Shown: positions 37,106-49,547 of the stretch, in pieces | How positions within the stretch are numbered: the stretch's first letter is position 1 | How the letters are laid out: each line of letters opens with the position of its first letter | NCBI RefSeq assembly: GCF_006345805.1 | Contig: NW_021836134.1 | Span: 124,001-188,000 of the forward strand | DNA from: Octopus sinensis | Lineage: Eukaryota | DNA: 64,000 nucleotides | Direction of reading: 5' to 3' | Position numbers and translations under genes: made by a program | The notes under the pieces: model-generated | The model's input: only the letters and a program-made list of their open reading frames with translations | Told to the model about the DNA's origin: nothing | The model's database searches: none

Positions 37106-38571
37106 TTTGCAGAAAATGCACTGCATCCTCCTTACTTATTGGGAGCTGTCGGAATTTGATGTTGCATAAGTCCACAACAGAATTTTCCATGAGACCTATA
37201 GTGCCAGTTTATATCAATATTAGGTACATGCTCGCCATAATATTAAAAAAATTAGAAAATAAATTAGTAAAAAATTTAATAATATTTTAAATTATTGATA
37301 GAGCGACTTAAATAAAATATAATATATTCCACCTCAAAAATTATTAGATTTTTTAAAAGGCCTAAAAAAACTGCGACCACTTCGACAAAAGTACAGAAAA
37401 TTGAATAAAAGAGATAAAGAAAAAAATATAATTTTTAAGAAGATTCAAAATAAATAAAGAAATGAAATAAAGGAATAAAATCGGAAAATAACACAAAAAT
37501 AATGAAATTTCAGATAATTCATTAAATGAAACTACATTTCAAATTATTCCTTTTAAATCAAATCAAATAAAAATAAAATTAAGGAGATTTATCAAAAAAA
37601 TACCACAACGTGAAGCGACAGCGTGCTTACACGTGGCTTAATTTATTATTATTATTATTAGGTTTGCCTTCATAAATTAAGATAATTAAGCAGATTATTC
37701 AGGAAATTTATTATTAAATAAAATAATTTACAAATAAAATCAGTTTCAAAATTAATCATTTGTTATTTTGTTTCAATGTTCGTCCATTTACCGAGTTTAA
37801 GAATCCTGATAATAGTTATCTGTTTTAAATAATATAGTTAAGAAAAACTATAAAAGCTTATAGAAAAATTTTTGATATGATATTGCTGCATATGGACAAA
37901 CCAATACTCGACATTCCAGAAGTTACGGACTATGTATCCATAGACACTATAAGGCGAGCGAGAGAAAGACCCAGAGGAAGCGTATTTTCACATTAGTCAA
38001 TGTTCCCTATTGAAGAGGGGTGTGTATGGTTTGCGAGAAAAAAATAAGTTAAAAATTGTTAATGCACAAAGAAGTTTCATATTTAAATCCTAAATGTCTC
38101 TAATTTTTGTTTGGAGATGACATCTCGAGACAATTTGCGTATCCCCGCTGCATCGTGGATACTCCAGTTTAGAACTACTAAACTTTAATGGATACAAACA
38201 AATGTCAACCTTAGCGAGTATTTTCGGTGAATTATACACTGGAATAATTGTGGAATAAGTCAAGTGATGCTATCTATGTCTGAGGATGTGTGTTTTCTCA
38301 AACAAATACAATACACATCACAATTAAAGAAAAGGTCGGATTCCTGTAAATATTTTATATCAATTTTCCATTCAGAAAACCACGTCGTTTCTCAGCAATA
38401 CCTCTTAATAAAACAGACAAGAGAAAAGCAGTAGAGTGACGATAGGGATAGCTTTTGTGAACAGGACCAGAGAAATGTTTATTTCGAAATGCATTTCAAG
38501 TACACTCGGGCAAAAAAAACAGACATTCAAAAGTGCAATACAAATATAAACCAATTTGCCTGGCAAGACAA

Positions 38572-39748
38572 ATGCAGTTCGTGCGTCTTTTGTCGAGTGC
38601 GATAACTCGTTACAACGACCGAAAGGACGACGATTGGGTAGACCGAATGAGCTATAGGTATGGCACTAACATCATCCTCTTTTTTGCAATTGCCATGATG
38701 AGCAGGAACTTCACAGGGTCGCATCTCGTTTGCTGGCATCCTGCCATGTTTACATGTTTGTCTTGTCATAAAATTTTGAGATTCTTACACTTCATTTGGG
38801 GACTCGTACTGCTGGACTAAGGGCACATACTACGTGGCCCTTGATCAAAAACTGCCCTCGTCAGATGAAATCAAGAAAAAAAGCACACTGGCATACTACC
38901 AGTGGATGCACTACATCCTTTTGTCCATGAGTCTTTTGTTCTACCTCCCTATCATGGCTTGGCGTTCCTATGTCTTCGGATCCGGTCTAAATCTGCCTGG
39001 AATAGTCAATAAATGCTTGATTGCTCATAAAATTGAGCGAATCTCAGAAAAGGAAAAAATAGCAAACGAAATCGCGTACCAAATCGACCATTATTTGCGA
39101 CGGAGAGACAACTGGGATGGGACATCGAGCAGAGTCGTGTCTCTTATAAAAATGCTGATGTGGTCTGGGGGACGGAAACACGGAAACTATTTGTCTTTTG
39201 CATACTGCATCACCAAAACACTTTTCCTCCTCAACGCGTTTGGTCAATTTTTTCTGCTGAACAGATTTTTGGGCTTTCAGTTTCACATGTACGGTTTCCA
39301 CATTCTGAACGAGTACATTCACGGAAAAGAAATAAACGAGTCCTCTTTCTTCCCGCGGGTGACCTACTGCGATATCCCCGAACGGACCATCAAACAAACA
39401 CACATCTACACAGTCCAATGCGTCCTTCAACAAAATCTATTCTCAGAAAAAATATTTATAATTATATGGTATATGCTCCTAATTGTCGGAGTTGCGACTT
39501 TGATCTCGTACGTCAAGTGGCTTCTTTATTTCTCGATTCCACGTCTACGGGACGACTACGTTAGTCAGTACATTCAGGACATTGCTCCAACTGAGAACGA
39601 TCAGTTCACCAAATTCATTAACAAATACCTCAAAAACGACGGATTCTTCATTTGTCGACTTATCGACCTCAACATAAACTGCATGATGCTTGACACGGTT
39701 GTCAACATTCTCTGGCAAGACTTTAAAAACAAGAAACTAAATAATTAA
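38572..39748 (+). CDS. Innexin (gap junction protein), one 25-nt intron
   Basis: DDDWVDRMSYRYG, CWHPAMFT[intron 38756-38780]YSYTSFGDSYCW, YYQWMHYIL, FFPRVTYCD, VQCVLQQNLFSEKIFIIIWY, YLKNDGFFICRLI. Confidence 0.96.
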
Positions 39749-40427
39749 TTTATTGACTTTTGTTCGGATTTTAAATTTCATAGTACGAATTTCCACTTTC
39801 CATATTTGCTACAAATTCTAAAGAATATTCACGAACTAACTAATCCATTCATTATGCTTAAAATTTAAACATTTTTATAAATCATTCCAATTTTATACTT
39901 TAGTCCTTTTTTTGTTATTTAGAAATTCACTTATTTTTTGCAGCTAGACCTGCGAACTATTAAAAATGACACGTAAAGATTTTCTCAAAATAAAGTTCAG
40001 TACAATTTTGTTGTAATTAAAATAAAATTTATTTTTATTAATTATTTTAATTATCTTAATTTTTACTAGAAAACTTAATAAATTAAGCCACGTGTTATTA
40101 CGTAGTGGTTTAGTTTGTTGTATTTTAACAATTTTTGATCACACTTTATTTTTTTATTTAATTGGATGTAGAAGGAATAATGCGAGATGTGGTTTCTTTT
40201 AATGATTAAATTATCTGAAATTTCATCATTTTTGTATATTTCCCGGTTTTATTCCTTTAATTTGTTTCTTTTATTTATTTTGAAACTTCTAAACACTATT
40301 ATTTTCTTAGTCATATTATTTATCAAATTTTCTCTTATTTTTTTAAAAAATTTTCTGAATAACAATGTTATAACTCGATTTTATTTGTTTGTTCCTTTAA
40401 TTATTTTTTTTCATTATTATTAAAGTA

Positions 40428-42935
40428 CAGTAAAACCTTTCGAATCCGCCGATAATATTTTATAATTGAAACATTAACTTACAATATAGATTAAATACAG
40501 TAGACTATTCATTTAACGAAAATGAAAATTGAGCATTCGTTAAATGAATTTAACGAAAAAAAATGTTTAATTAAAAATGTGTCATGTAATCGGTAATTTT
40601 AGGTTCCTTCTTTTTAATTTTTGCCAATATTTCTCAAATTTGTAATTAGGTGAATATGTTCACCAGATTCTTGCAAAAAATATTTTTCAATATTTTCCAA
40701 ATATTTAAGTGCATCTGCATAACCAATGGGATTGTCATTTGTGCTATCTATTTCTTCATGCTCATTTTCTTCCTCACATTGTATTGTATCAAGATACGCG
40801 TTTTCTTCGCAGACGACAGGTGCACAGACAGGAAACTCAATCATAATTTCACTTTTATTATCTTTAATTGTAAGGTGATTTAAATTTAATACCTTTTTCG
40901 TCAGTGGATTCTTCAAGTATTTTTTCATCTATCTTCGCCCAATTATTTAATGCCTTGTTAAAGCAATTTTTGATAGTGTCCACTGTGACTTTGTTCCAAG
41001 CCTCAATAATTAAAGGTAGAGCATTCACTAATTTGAATTTGGTAAGTTCATCTGTATATGACAATGTTCCTATATTTGTTCCCATACTCAAATTTCTAGT
41101 CATTCCTTTTTTATACAACGATTTAAATGAATGCACAATCCCTTGATCAATTGGTTAAATCTTAGATGTTGTCTTTGGAGGAAGAAAATACAATTCGATA
41201 TTACTGAATTCGCCATCAAAATAGTGAACTGGCGCATTATCTAAAAGAAGCAAAATCTTTCTATTTTCCACACTCATTTTGGAATTTAACCGTTCAACCC
41301 AGTTTTTAAAAAATTAAACTGGTCATCCAAGATTTATTGCTATTTGCATATTGAATATTGAATCCAAGATTATTCATATTAATATTTTTAAAACCATGAG
41401 GATTTTTGAATTTTCCGATTACCAACGGATGCTCTTTATCTCCTTCCATATTTGTGCATAATAACAGTGTTATTCGTTCTTTAGAAAATTTTCCTGAAGC
41501 CCTTGATTCGGAGTCAAGAACTAATGTTTTTTTTGGAGTACATTTGAAAAAAAAGGCAGTTTCATCCCAGTTGTAAACATTTTTCGATCCATATTTTTTA
41601 ACATGGCTGCAAAGCGTTCATATGAATCTATAAGCAAAACGGGATCCACTAATTGTTCTTCTCCAGAAATCGTGAGTGTTTTTATTTTATACTCTTCCTT
41701 AAAGCGTGAAATCCATGGGTGAGATGCTTTAAAATTTTCAATATAAAATCGTTGAGCAATTTTGAGTGCCATTTCGCGTACCATTTCATTAGTTATGGTG
41801 TGATTATAGAAACGTTTGATCTGAATCCATGCATATAGTGGTTCATATATCTTATCAGTACAACTTTTAAATGTAATATTCTTTTTTTGTTTGTGACGCC
41901 TTGATCCATACAATTGCATTTTCTTCAACGTTGAATTGATCACTCCAATAGGTATATTAAACCGCTGAGCCAAATTTTCTTGAGTAACAGCAGGATTATT
42001 CTTCTTGAAATCAATAACTTCCAGTTTTTGTTGAAATTGATAAGTTTTTCTTTTTTTTCATATTGTTCACCCTTGCAAACATGGTTTACTACAAAGAAAT
42101 AGCGAGAAAAAATTATTTTAAAATTTTATCAAAAATTTTAATTTTCGTTATTTAAATATTCGTTAAATATATTTAAATATTCACTAATACAAAGAAAAAA
42201 AAATTTTATTTTTGAATTTATCTAAGGAAAAACGTAAAAAAATATTTTGACTTTCGTAAAATGAATATTTTCGTTAAATTTTTTTTCGTTAAATGGATAG
42301 TCTACTGTATTTCTTTTTATATACAAATGACTGAATACATAAAATCATTTATATTCAAAAAAATCAGAAATTTTATGTTTTTTAATTAATTTTCTTAACA
42401 TTTCCCCAATTCGCATAATATTTTCGTGATCATCTATATCTGCATTTACCTGAGAAGCATAAGTTTTAGTAATCTCTAGAGCTCTGAAAGATTAACTCTT
42501 TTCTCATTTGATTCTCTTCAATAATTGTTTCCAAAGAATTTCAATACAGTTTAACGCGACAATTATTTGATGAGTTGGATATCGATCTATTGAAAGTAGA
42601 ATTTTTCTTTTTTCCTCGCAAGTTCACAATCAAAATCACTGAACCACTTGTTAAAAATTCACGGTTCATTCATGCCTTATTGGAATGGGCGAGCTAACAT
42701 ATTTTCCAATGTTGAAATTTTTAAAACACCTTGGACTTTTCAATCTTCCTATCATTACAGGCTTTCTTTTATCGGAACCAGAACAATTTGCGCATAATAG
42801 TAAAGAAAGTCGATCCTTTGACAACTTTATTCCAGGCCTTGATTTAGTGCACGAACTCCTCTTTGATTTCTCTATTATCAAACAAAGAAACAGTATTGAA
42901 TCCCAAGTTCCAAAAAATAATCTAAAAATAAAATT
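40428..42935 (-). mobile_element. Outer pogo/Tigger remnant (one TIR at 40428; transposase pieces 42320-42930), interrupted by the 40498-42307 element
   Basis: TA+CAGTAAAACCTTTCGAATCCG at 40426-40448; KDRLSLLLCANCSGSDKRKPVMIG..SPRCFK and KKRKILL on the minus strand. Confidence 0.7.
40498..42307 (-). mobile_element. Full-length pogo/Tigger element with degenerate transposase and TA duplication
   Basis: TA+CAGTAGACTATTCATTTAACGAAA ... TTTCGTTAAATGGATAGTCTACTG+TA. FKASHPWISRFK, KERITLLLCTN, LLLDNAPVH, DQGIVHSFKSLY. Confidence 0.94.
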
Positions 42936-44300
42936 AATAACTGCTTGCTCTTTGGCGCTTTGACATTGCTTCCTCGTCCCGAGCTGATTATCTGAGATTA
43001 AGCCAAATGCCTCGATGAAATCGGCCAGTTTGGCATTAACACATTTGGTGACAAGTTTATACAAAGTTGGCATACACGTTATAGGGCGTAAGTCCTTCGG
43101 GGTCTCACAATCACTTTTTTAGGGATCAAATAAGTTACGACAGTGTAAAACCAGCTATCAGGCGTGTACTCTCCATTAATTATTCGGACCATCTCTTTAC
43201 ACAGAAACCCATGCAAAGAATCCATCTTCTTTAAGAAAAAGTTATACGTTCCGTCATATCCGCATGCCTTCCAGTCAGATGCGTATTTGAGCATATCCAT
43301 AATAAAATCACTTTTGAATTGAGGTCGCATGGTTTCACCGCCAGTAGACCTCACACCCACAAATTATAAACTATGGGCCCCATATTTTTCTTGCTTCAGA
43401 CGTCCTCCCAAAATGATAAGGACTCACCATCACCAAACCCATATAAGGTGGCTTCATTGTTCGAAGATAAATTTCGATAAAATCTTCTGCGGTTTAATTC
43501 AAAACACGCATTGTCTTCCTGGAAATCCTTATTCGAGGAATGGATAGATATCTGTTCCTTTTTTATTTTAATTAGATCATTCAATAGAGTCTCAATTCTG
43601 GTTAGCTACCCCTTCTTAGACATCTTATATCAGTAGCGGCAGAAAACATTCATTGCCTTTCTTTTCTGCCTGAGGCAAGGTTAGTCTGGAGAAGGAACGA
43701 ACTATGTCAATTTCAGCAGCTAATTTAGAGATTTTTCTTTTCGTATTTTCCAACCATGTGCTCTGTGATCTGGCTCTTGTAGTTAAGGCCAAATAAGCAC
43801 ACATATACAATATTGGTAATTTGATTAATATCTTGGGGCGGATCATCTTTTGTATTATGATAAATTGCAGAGTTTAATCCAGCCAGGATATCAGTTTTTA
43901 CCATCCTTTGCTGCACCTTTGGAGTTGGCTTCCGAGAGTCTCTCTGAATTGACTGAACCTTCCCAATTTGGAATTTGAGTTCCTCTAGGCAATTTCTGAA
44001 ACTGAAGATTTCTACGTCCACATCATCTGGCACTCTGGAAGAGTCGCATTTCCCTTGAACATTGTTATTCCGTCTAGCCATTCTCTTCAGTTGACATAAA
44101 CTGGGGCACTTTACCGAGAAATTCACAATGAACTTCTTCAGGACAAGGTTCCACTTGGCATCCTGGAAACTCTTTGATTCGTGAAAAAAGCAATCTGAGA
44201 CACTCATTCGCCTTCAGAGACACCATTGGCATTTCCGATAATTGCAGCAAGAGAATGCAAGTTAGTTTTGGCAACATCACAAACAAGGTCCCACAGGCGA
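42935..44300 (-). pseudogene. R4/Dong-type retrotransposon 5' half, degenerate
   Basis: FELNRRRFYR, DWKACGYDG, TYLIPKK, MPTLYKLVTKC..NQLGTRKQCQSAKEQA; extends further N-terminally than the 22178-25039 copy. Confidence 0.85.
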
Positions 44301-44399
44301 CGGTCCTGTCTTTTTTAAACTATTTTAATTTGCAGGAAGGCCCATAGGTTTCGTTTTCCTTAACTGCTTGGAAACGTACATGCATTCACCACAACAACT

Positions 44400-45060
44400 A
44401 AATTATTAATTTAGAGGTTCATAAACAAATTATTGCTCAGAACGACATTCAAACTATAAAGATAGAATGGATGAAACAGCATTTGACCACTTATTATGGA
44501 ATTAATAAACTGAAAGAATTATTATTTCACTATCAAAAAGTCTATTATACGTGAAGTATGTTCCGAATGCACAGCATGTGCACAAAGCCAACTTTTATAA
44601 GCTCCAATTCCTATGATTCGCATTAAAGAGAAGTTTCCTCAAGAAAGATTTCAAATGGACTTGGTGGATTTAAGTCGATGGTCCAAGCCAATATCATTGA
44701 CGTATATTCCAAATTTTGTTTCGCAAAGTGGCAACTGCTATTAGTTAAGCTTTAAGAATTATCTTTTATTGTTTTGACCTCATTAGACTTTAACATCTAA
44801 CGATGGGAAAGAGTTCAAAAATGAACTAGTAAATTCTTTATGCACAGAATTTAACATTTTAAAATAGTTTAGTTGTCCAAGGCATCTCCAGTCCCAGGGC
44901 CAAGTAGAACGTTGTAACCAAACGTTAACTCGTTGGTTACAGAAAAACTTTTTATACAACAAAATAAAGAATGGATTTCATGTTTGGACTTGGTAGTGTA
45001 CAATTGAATTCTTCCACGAATAAAACTTCTTTTAATCTATTTCATAAAAGTAAAGGCACA
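44400..45060 (+). pseudogene. Degenerate Ginger/rve-type integrase
   Basis: ERFQMDLVDL, IIDVYSKF, GKEFKNELV, PRHLQSQGQVERCNQTL. Confidence 0.75.
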
Positions 45061-45234
45061 ACACGTTTATGGTGAACAAAGACAATCCTTTATTTTATTA
45101 TTTTTAGATCGAGATGAAAGTGAAAATGAAGACATGTTTGAATTAAATACAATGATGACGAGAAACATGAAGCAAATAAAAGTGTAAACAATATACTTTT
45201 TATGTTTAGATATCTATGAAATCAATAATGAAAA

Positions 45235-45395
45235 ATATTCCCATAGAATGCAGATAAACATGGGATGGACTGGTCGCCAAATACCACAAGCGGTACCTAA
45301 GACAGCTGGGTGTAGATAAGTCTCTACAGGCTTATATGCAGTCAACTGTTCTTAAGAGGACTCTGGAGAGTATCTCGTTTGATGCCCGCCGATCC
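45235..45395 (+). pseudogene. R4/Dong-type 3' fragment
   Basis: TWDGLVAKYHKRYL..AYMQSTVLKRTLESI versus TWDGVVSTCYKAYM..TYIQGLVIKKTLEAI in the 22178 ORF. Confidence 0.7.
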
Positions 45396-45899
45396 AGTCC
45401 TTTCCTACATTTACTCAATGAGATGCGCTAGACTGCACTTTCTCGAAGATCTACAGTGCCATATGTCAATTAGCAATCAGAAGCATATCACACCAATTCA
45501 ATTCTTCTCGAAAATTGTTCCCCGTCCGTTCCGCGAAAAAATTTAAGAAAGACCTTCAAGATTGTTGAAATCACCTAATTAATTACTCCAATTAACTGTT
45601 GTTTATTCTTGGGTTAAATAAAAATAATCCAATCATGCATTTTCAGACAGTGCACTTCCTGTTATCTTCGATGGTCAACGGTGAGTGGATAAAAACCATT
45701 AAAGTAAGCGTTCATTCTTTTGGAAAATTACTATGGAGCTCGTTTCTACATAAATTTTATAAAAATCTCCGGTGTGAGTAAGACACCTGCTTTATATTGG
45801 AAGTCCGAATAATTGATTTAGTTCAATTTATTTTTAAAGAGTATCATCCTAAAAATGATATTTGTGTGGCCTAATTTATCTGTCAGGTTCGGGGGACTA

Positions 45900-46165
45900 G
45901 AACTAATAAAGAACTAATATCCCACCTGAACTAATAAAGTACGCGCCAATGAAGCTTGCTAAAACTATTGCAAACATTCTGAACCAAGAATTTGAGCAGA
46001 ATAGCCTATTAGACCTCAGCAAAGGATGGTTAATTCCACTAAAGAAACCCGGAAAAAAGAGAAACCATACCCAACTTAAGACCTATTAGCCTAGTATCGA
46101 CGCTTTGGATAACACTCTCACTGGTTGCATTAGAAAGAATAAGAACTGAGATGGCAATTTTTCTT
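45900..46165 (+). pseudogene. RTE-like reverse transcriptase fragment
   Basis: PPELIKYAP..IPLKKPGK..LRPISLVSTL (frameshifted). Confidence 0.65.
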
Positions 46166-46290
46166 TGGGTCAAAACTGATAGTTACATACATTTTTTTAA
46201 ATCTGCTTTATATGGGAAGTGCAAATAATTAATCTGACTTAAAGTATATTTAAAGAGTATCATTCGAAAAATGATATTTGTATGTCATAA

Positions 46291-46762
46291 TTTTTTTTTT
46301 AAAGTAAAATTTTTAATTAATAGAATCGTTAAATGAGACAAAATAGCTAATTAAGTGTCAGCAGTGGCTGCACCTCGGATTGCAAGCGAGTTACCTCGCA
46401 AGATTTCGATCGATATCCTCTGGTACAGCCAGCCGATTTGGCGGTGGTCCTTCGTGCACTTGTGGATGCACTTCCCAATTTCGGTCAGAAGCGACACTCC
46501 GGCCGTCCCTATCACTCCACTTGTCTCCACAGCAATCGGGACAAAGTGGTAATTTGGTGGGAGAGAGGCGTATTTCTTCCGCTTCGTCTCCTCAGCCCGA
46601 CGGGAAGCGAAGCCAGGGGAGAACGCAGACTGAGCAACGGTCCCGGGGGCAAAGGTGTCCGCGCAGGTAACATCCCAAACGAGACATTTCCCCTCCGAGA
46701 ATGGAAAGACCGTCATTCCGTCTGGATGCTTGCCGTCGCCACGGTCGAGGCCGGCAGGCTCT
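46291..46762 (-). mobile_element. 5'-truncated CRE retrotransposon with poly(A) tail and target-site duplication
   Basis: EPAGLDRGDGKHPDGMTVFP..RISIEILRGN*. T10 at 46291-46300 is the poly(A) on the minus strand. ATGTCATAATT occurs at 46282-46292 and 46778-46788. Confidence 0.87.
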
Positions 46763-47499
46763 AAAAAAAATTATGACATGTCATAATTAGTACAATAATT
46801 GATTTCTGAAATATAAATTTAGTAAACTAGTAAATATTAGATACGTGCCAAAAATCGAGTTATTTTATAACTGTCTGTAAATTATAGTTCACTTACATAA
46901 TTGTCTGGAAATACTACAATTATTTTCTTGATTATAATCAATTCCATGATTTTGTGTACAAGAATTATTGCAGATGCTTATTGATTATATTATTAGTCAA
47001 TTATTAAATTTCAATGTATTCTCTAAAAGAAGTGATTTTAGTCAAAAACTCAAAAAATCAATTTACTAAACTACTAACTCAATTCGAGCAGATGCAATAT
47101 AATTACTTATATAATTAAAAAAATGACTTGTTATGATTGCCATGATTTTGAAAATGAACTTAAGTGATTAACCCAGTTGGTACTATTTGCTGTCAAACAG
47201 CCCGATTGGAAGACGCCTGTTAAAAACTGTTTTTTTCAGTGGTTAGATAATCATACTTTGGTTTTAGCTTGGTATTGAGTGGTACTTAAAAGTAGGTTGG
47301 ATGGTTTGCACTAGGAGTCGGAAATGACTTGTTTTTATTAATCTCAAATATATTTTATTGTATTTGCTAATCTGACTGCACTCCCCTGCGGCGTCGCTAA
47401 AAAACGTATCAAAGAGCGACTTTCAGCGTAGACACCGCTCTAACATTTCATTATATAATTAGCGTAGTTATCATTTCTGTTTTTAGTTGCTGTCCCCGC

Positions 47500-48506
47500 A
47501 TGGAAGGTCAACTGAAATGTACCAAATGTAAAGAAGTAATTTATACAAAAAATCCACATTTGTATCTTATGGACTCATTTTATCACACTAACTGTGTTCA
47601 GTGTTCTGTGTGTTCTCAAGTACTCACTGATGTTTGTTACGTGAGGGACGAGATTTACTGTTTTAACGACTATACAATGTTTTATTAAAAACTTAGTTTG
47701 TAGGAACTTTAAGTTTTGTCCGTTGTGTAACGTCCAAATTGAACCAAATACATTGGTGTATACCATCAAGTCACATATGTATCATGTTGAATGCCTCAAG
47801 TGTCGGTGCTGTAATAAAGAACTCAAAATTGGGGACTTCTTTTCATATGCTGATAAATCCACACTTTACTGCATGGACTATTATCACAAAAATATATGTT
47901 TGGCAATCAAGTTATTTTTAGTAAAAACTGAAAATACTGCGGAATCGAAAAGAAAATCAAAGTCTCCCAAATCTTTTTCGGAAGCGAATGGGAGTCCTGA
48001 AGAAGTTCAAACCAAGTTTGTAGCCAACAATAACCTTCAAAGATGCAAACAACGAGGACGGAGAACATCAATCAAACCACACCAAATTGGGCTACTTACA
48101 GAATTGTACGAAAGTGAAAAAAAGCCATCGCGTCATATATTGGAAGAAATGACCAAATTGACTGGACTGCCAATTCGCGTCATCCAAGTCAGGATGGGGG
48201 TCTCTAGTGTTAGGTCTGGTTTCAAAACAGGAGGTCCAAGGAACGGAGAAACAACCCGAGCAACTCTAGCCTCCTACCTTCCAATCCACCTCCCAGTAAC
48301 ACAGAATTTGGGGTCTTCAAACATCAGTTTAATCAAAGGCCACAAATCCTCCAGAATTACAGATCTGGTAATAATTTTTTTTCGTCATTTGTGACAGATG
48401 ATCAACGTTATGGGCATTATCGAAACGAATATTACCCAGAAAGTATGTTGTGGAAGCCAATAAATCCAATGCTGTTTCCTCCCTCAAGGCATTTCCAAAC
48501 TCCTGA
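47500..48506 (+). CDS. LIM-homeodomain transcription factor, Lhx1/5 (lin-11) class, 4 micro-introns
   Basis: Two LIM domains (C..C..H..C..C..C..C..D). Homeodomain RGRRTSIKPHQ..KPSRHILEEMTKLTGLPIRVIQ[48188-48213]VWFQNRRSKERR; RVIQVWFQNRRSKERR is the Lhx1/5 signature. Other introns 47679-47703, 47898-47921, 48368-48397. Confidence 0.9.
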
Positions 48507-49429
48507 TCAGACATTCCAGTACCCTCCCAATATGCATTTCTTTTAATTTTTAAAATTCTGGTCTAATAAATATGTTTGTTTAAAATGTTCAGATTACACT
48601 TTTTCTAAGGTTTAGTTTTAGAATTGTCGACCAAAATAGTTCTCATTTCTCTCCTACTTTTCTAAACATCCAAACAGTGATTTCGGGATACGCTTCTTCC
48701 AGGAGATCCAAAATACAAAATATTTTTTTTTCCAGAAGTTTTTTTTAAAGATTAAGGCATGATCTGCTAACGAATTTCAAGAGATTTTATTTGATTTCGT
48801 CCGTGGTAATAACATAAGTTGCTTCCTCAACAATTATTTTATTGACTGTTTAATTAAGTACATAGACAAGTCTGAAATCATAAGTGACAATCAAAAACTC
48901 ATAAAAACGACTAATCTCGGCGTCTTTAAGAGCCAAAGGGCTAACCTCCAAAATCTGGAAACTTGGTGAATTTTTTGTATTAAAAACTAGAAATTGACAA
49001 GAAATAAAGTTATCTTTTGATAAAAAAGAAATTTAATTTAACTAAAATTAGACACGTTTATTAATTTCTCTCTTGTTACTTTGATGTTTGCACACTTTTT
49101 ATAGCTAGATAAAAATATATGTTGTACCTTCCGAAATGGAAGAACCCAATTGGCTTAATAGGGACTTTCTAGTCATTAATTAATTTTCTACAGTAGCTAT
49201 CATTAAATCTATTTCAGGATAAGAGTCTCTTATTTTCTCACAAAAATTGACATAATGGCACATGTGACATAACTTGGGGTAAATATTTTCGAGTATTCTC
49301 CAAGCTAAAATATAAACCCGAACATTTTCCGCACCTTTGCCTGCGGCACTCTCGCCTATTCCACCCAAAAGTTGGTCCTGGGACGATCATATGATGGATT
49401 CAAGTTGGGAGTGTTTCTTTACCATATGA

Positions 49430-49547
49430 TGTACGAAAGTGAAAGAAAGCCATCGCGTCATACATTGGAAGAAATGACCAAATTGACTGGACTACCAATT
49501 CGCGTCATCCAAGTCAGGATGGGGGTCTCTAGTGTTAGGTCTGGTTT
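49430..49547 (+). pseudogene. Duplicated 118-bp fragment of the Lhx homeobox, intron included
   Basis: Matches 48105-48222 with 3 substitutions. Confidence 0.9.

Noticed and set aside
42666-43073. Novel RT-transposase fusion protein
   Set aside because: Accidental in-frame junction between decayed R4 and Tigger fragments.
45787-46295. ~90-bp diverged direct repeats around the RTE fragment as LTRs or TSD
   Set aside because: Too diverged and long for a TSD, and no TG..CA/PBS/PPT structure; probably two copies of an old repeat.
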